Assembly: GCF_001194135.2 (NCBI RefSeq)
Contig: NC_068982.1
Span: forward strand, 46,660,320-46,724,319
Source: Octopus bimaculoides
Taxonomy: Eukaryota
Length of the DNA: 64,000 nt
Direction of reading: 5' to 3'
The notes beneath the pieces are model-generated. The model had not been told where the DNA came from, searched no databases, and worked only from the letters and a program-made list of their open reading frames with translations. Below are positions 61,703 through 64,000 of this stretch, piece by piece (the first letter of the stretch is position 1; every line of letters begins with the position of its first letter). Made by a program: the position numbers and the translations under genes.

Positions 61703-62626
61703 TCTTTTTTCTATTATTCTTTTCTTTTACCTGTTTCAATCATTTGACTGCAGTCATGCCGAGCACTGCCTTTAGTCAAAGAAATTGACTCCAGGAATTA
61801 TTCTTTGCAAGCCTATTACTTATTCTATTGGTCTCCTTTGCTGAACCACTAAGTTACAAGGACATAAATATGTGTGTGTGTGTAAAATATATATATAAAC
61901 ACACACACACACACACACAGAGACACATAAATATATATGAACTCAGTCTGACTACCAAATTCCACTCACCTAGTGAACATTTTATCCACACAGCTATTCC
62001 TACACTTGTATTAGCAAGCTTTTTAATGCACCTTGCATTAAATGCATTCAACTAACTTAGCTATTGTTTCATTATTAACTTGCTATTGTTGCACACATAT
62101 ACTGAAATGTAATTTGCTGCATCATCATCAAAAAAAAATCTTTCTTAAATTGAATCAATAACAATGTATTCTGTCAATAATTCATTGACAAAAATAACAC
62201 TTAGTGTGTGTTATTTTAGTCAATGCATTCAGTACATTAACACAACACACTCTGTAGGTAGTCTTCTTTCATTCCCAAACAATTTCTGCAGTTTGTTCTG
62301 TGTAGAGAGGAGTGGTGGCTCACATTGCCAGGTCACAGGTTTTATCACTCAAGTTCATATTCTGGATTATACCAATCCAGCAAACACTCACTCACCATTG
62401 AAGCAAAGAAGCGAACCTCTGTCTGGTTGTTTGACCGACTAGAAATAGCAATGAAATTTTCAAATCACATTCAGCTGATTTTTAAAAAAAGATGAGAGGC
62501 ACTTTGAATAATGTTATTCAAGACATTAATTTACAGAATGTCCATGGCTGGAGTGTCTTCTATAATGAACATTGTCTTTGGTATAAACAGTAATGACATC
62601 ATACTCTATTCACCTTATATAAATAT

Positions 62627-62932
62627 AACTTGCACCATAACACCCTCAAGAGTTTCAGACTCCACTTCTCTGATTTCTCTATTGATGTTCTCCTTCAGTT
62701 GCCCCAGGGTCTCCAGTTTGTTGACGTAAACCCTCTCTTTCAGGTATCTCCACAAGAAAAAATCTGGGCTAGTCAAGTCTGGGGAACATGAAGTCCAGTT
62801 GACATTGCCGTAGTGGGAGATTATTCTCTCTCCGAAGCACTGCCATAGCAACTGCATTGTTTTTCTTGCAGTATGAGTAATCGCCCCATCTTGTTGGAAC
62901 CATGTGGGAAATCTACTTTGAATGGCCTTCAT
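62627..62932 (-). mobile_element. Tc1/mariner transposase fragment (inverted)
   Basis: WFQQDGAITHTARKTMQLL..CFGERIISHYGNVNWTSCSPDLTSPDFFLWRYLKERVY: second and third catalytic-Asp regions of a DD37D/DD41D-type transposase. Confidence 0.88.
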
Positions 62933-63304
62933 GTTCCCCAGACTTGACTAGCTCAGATTTTTTCTTGTGGGGATACCTGAAAGAAAGGGTTTATATCAAC
63001 AAACTGGAGACCCTGATGCAACTGAACGAGGACATCAATAGAGAAATCACAGAAGTGGGGTCTGAAACTCTTGAGAGTGTTATGGAGCAAATTTTGGAAA
63101 GAGCACAGGTGCATGAAGCCGAAAATGTCTGCCATTTAAACAATGTCATTTTTCATATGTAATGTAGTGGTGTTGCATAATTTGACTTGTGCATATTAAT
63201 TTCCATTATATCCTTCATATTGTATCAAAATTTCATGCATTTAATTGTAAAATTAAGGAAGTTATTATAAACTGAAACCCATCAGTGACTTTTGGGACAC
63301 CCTA
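62928..63304 (+). mobile_element. Tc1/mariner transposase 3' end with right TIR
   Basis: WPSCSPDLTSSDFFLWGYLKERVYINKLETL...VCHLNNVIFHM*, ending ttttgggacacccta|TA. Confidence 0.88.
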
Positions 63305-63897
63305 TACAATCCCTATTGTGCCATTATCATCATCGTCATCATCCTTTAATGTCCACCAGCCCATCCACCACCTTAGGACAATTGTTTTCAAATTTTGGCA
63401 CAAGGCCAGCAATTTTCGGATGGTGGTAAATTGATTACATTGACCTAGTGCATAACTTATATTATCAACCCTAAAAGAATAAAAGGCAAAGTCGACCTCA
63501 GTAGAATTTGAACTCAGAATGTGCAGATGGATGAAATGCCACTAAGCATTTTGCCCAATGTGCTAACGATTCTGCTAGCATGTTGCCTGAAAGGACAAAT
63601 AATAATAATAATAATAATAATGTTGTTGTATTTGGGGATGGTCATATTGCCAGTTTAGCCAATATATAAACGAAATAATAATAATCCTTTGAACTAAAGG
63701 TACAAGGCCTTAAATTTGGTGGGAGGGGACTAGTTGATTACATTGACTCCAGTATCTCACTGGTACTTAATTTATCAACCCCAAAAGGATGAAAGACAAA
63801 GTTGATCCCAGTAGAATTTGAACTTAGAATATAAAGACATACGAAATGTCGCTAAGCATTTCACTCAGCATGCTAACAATTCTGCCAGCTTGCCACC

Positions 63898-64000
<103 letters not shown>

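Overview
AT-rich, microsatellite- and transposon-dense animal genomic DNA with seven N gaps. The repeat families and style suggest a coleoid cephalopod, most likely Octopus (inference). The only host gene I can support is the 3' half of a minus-strand tubulin polyglutamylase (TTLL6/TTLL13 family). Five exons are well supported by homology or continuity and by consistent splice phases (52218-52443, 37680-37861, 30495-30680, 18943-19123, 15006-15227). One further exon is probable (10327-10618) and a terminal exon is tentative (6494-6561). The upstream exons were not found and probably lie beyond base 64000. Introns hold tRNA-derived SINEs, RTE, R4/Dong, CR1/Jockey-like and Penelope retroelements, a Helitron remnant, Tc1/mariner remnants, MITEs of piggyBac, hAT, Mutator and Tc1 type, and a 5S pseudogene. 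The most notable observations are three. (1) A type I hammerhead ribozyme with an intact core and an unusual 87-nt stem II insert (4604-4739, same strand as the gene). (2) A seven-unit repeat built from STAT (GAS) and Rel-like motifs (5136-5291). (3) An inverted pair of young SINEs bracketing two catalytic exons that total 408 nt in matching phase, a geometry that could give a circular RNA with no stop codon in frame. No CRISPR array or prokaryotic system is present, and nothing here shows a new system with certainty. Coordinates of decayed repeats are approximate.
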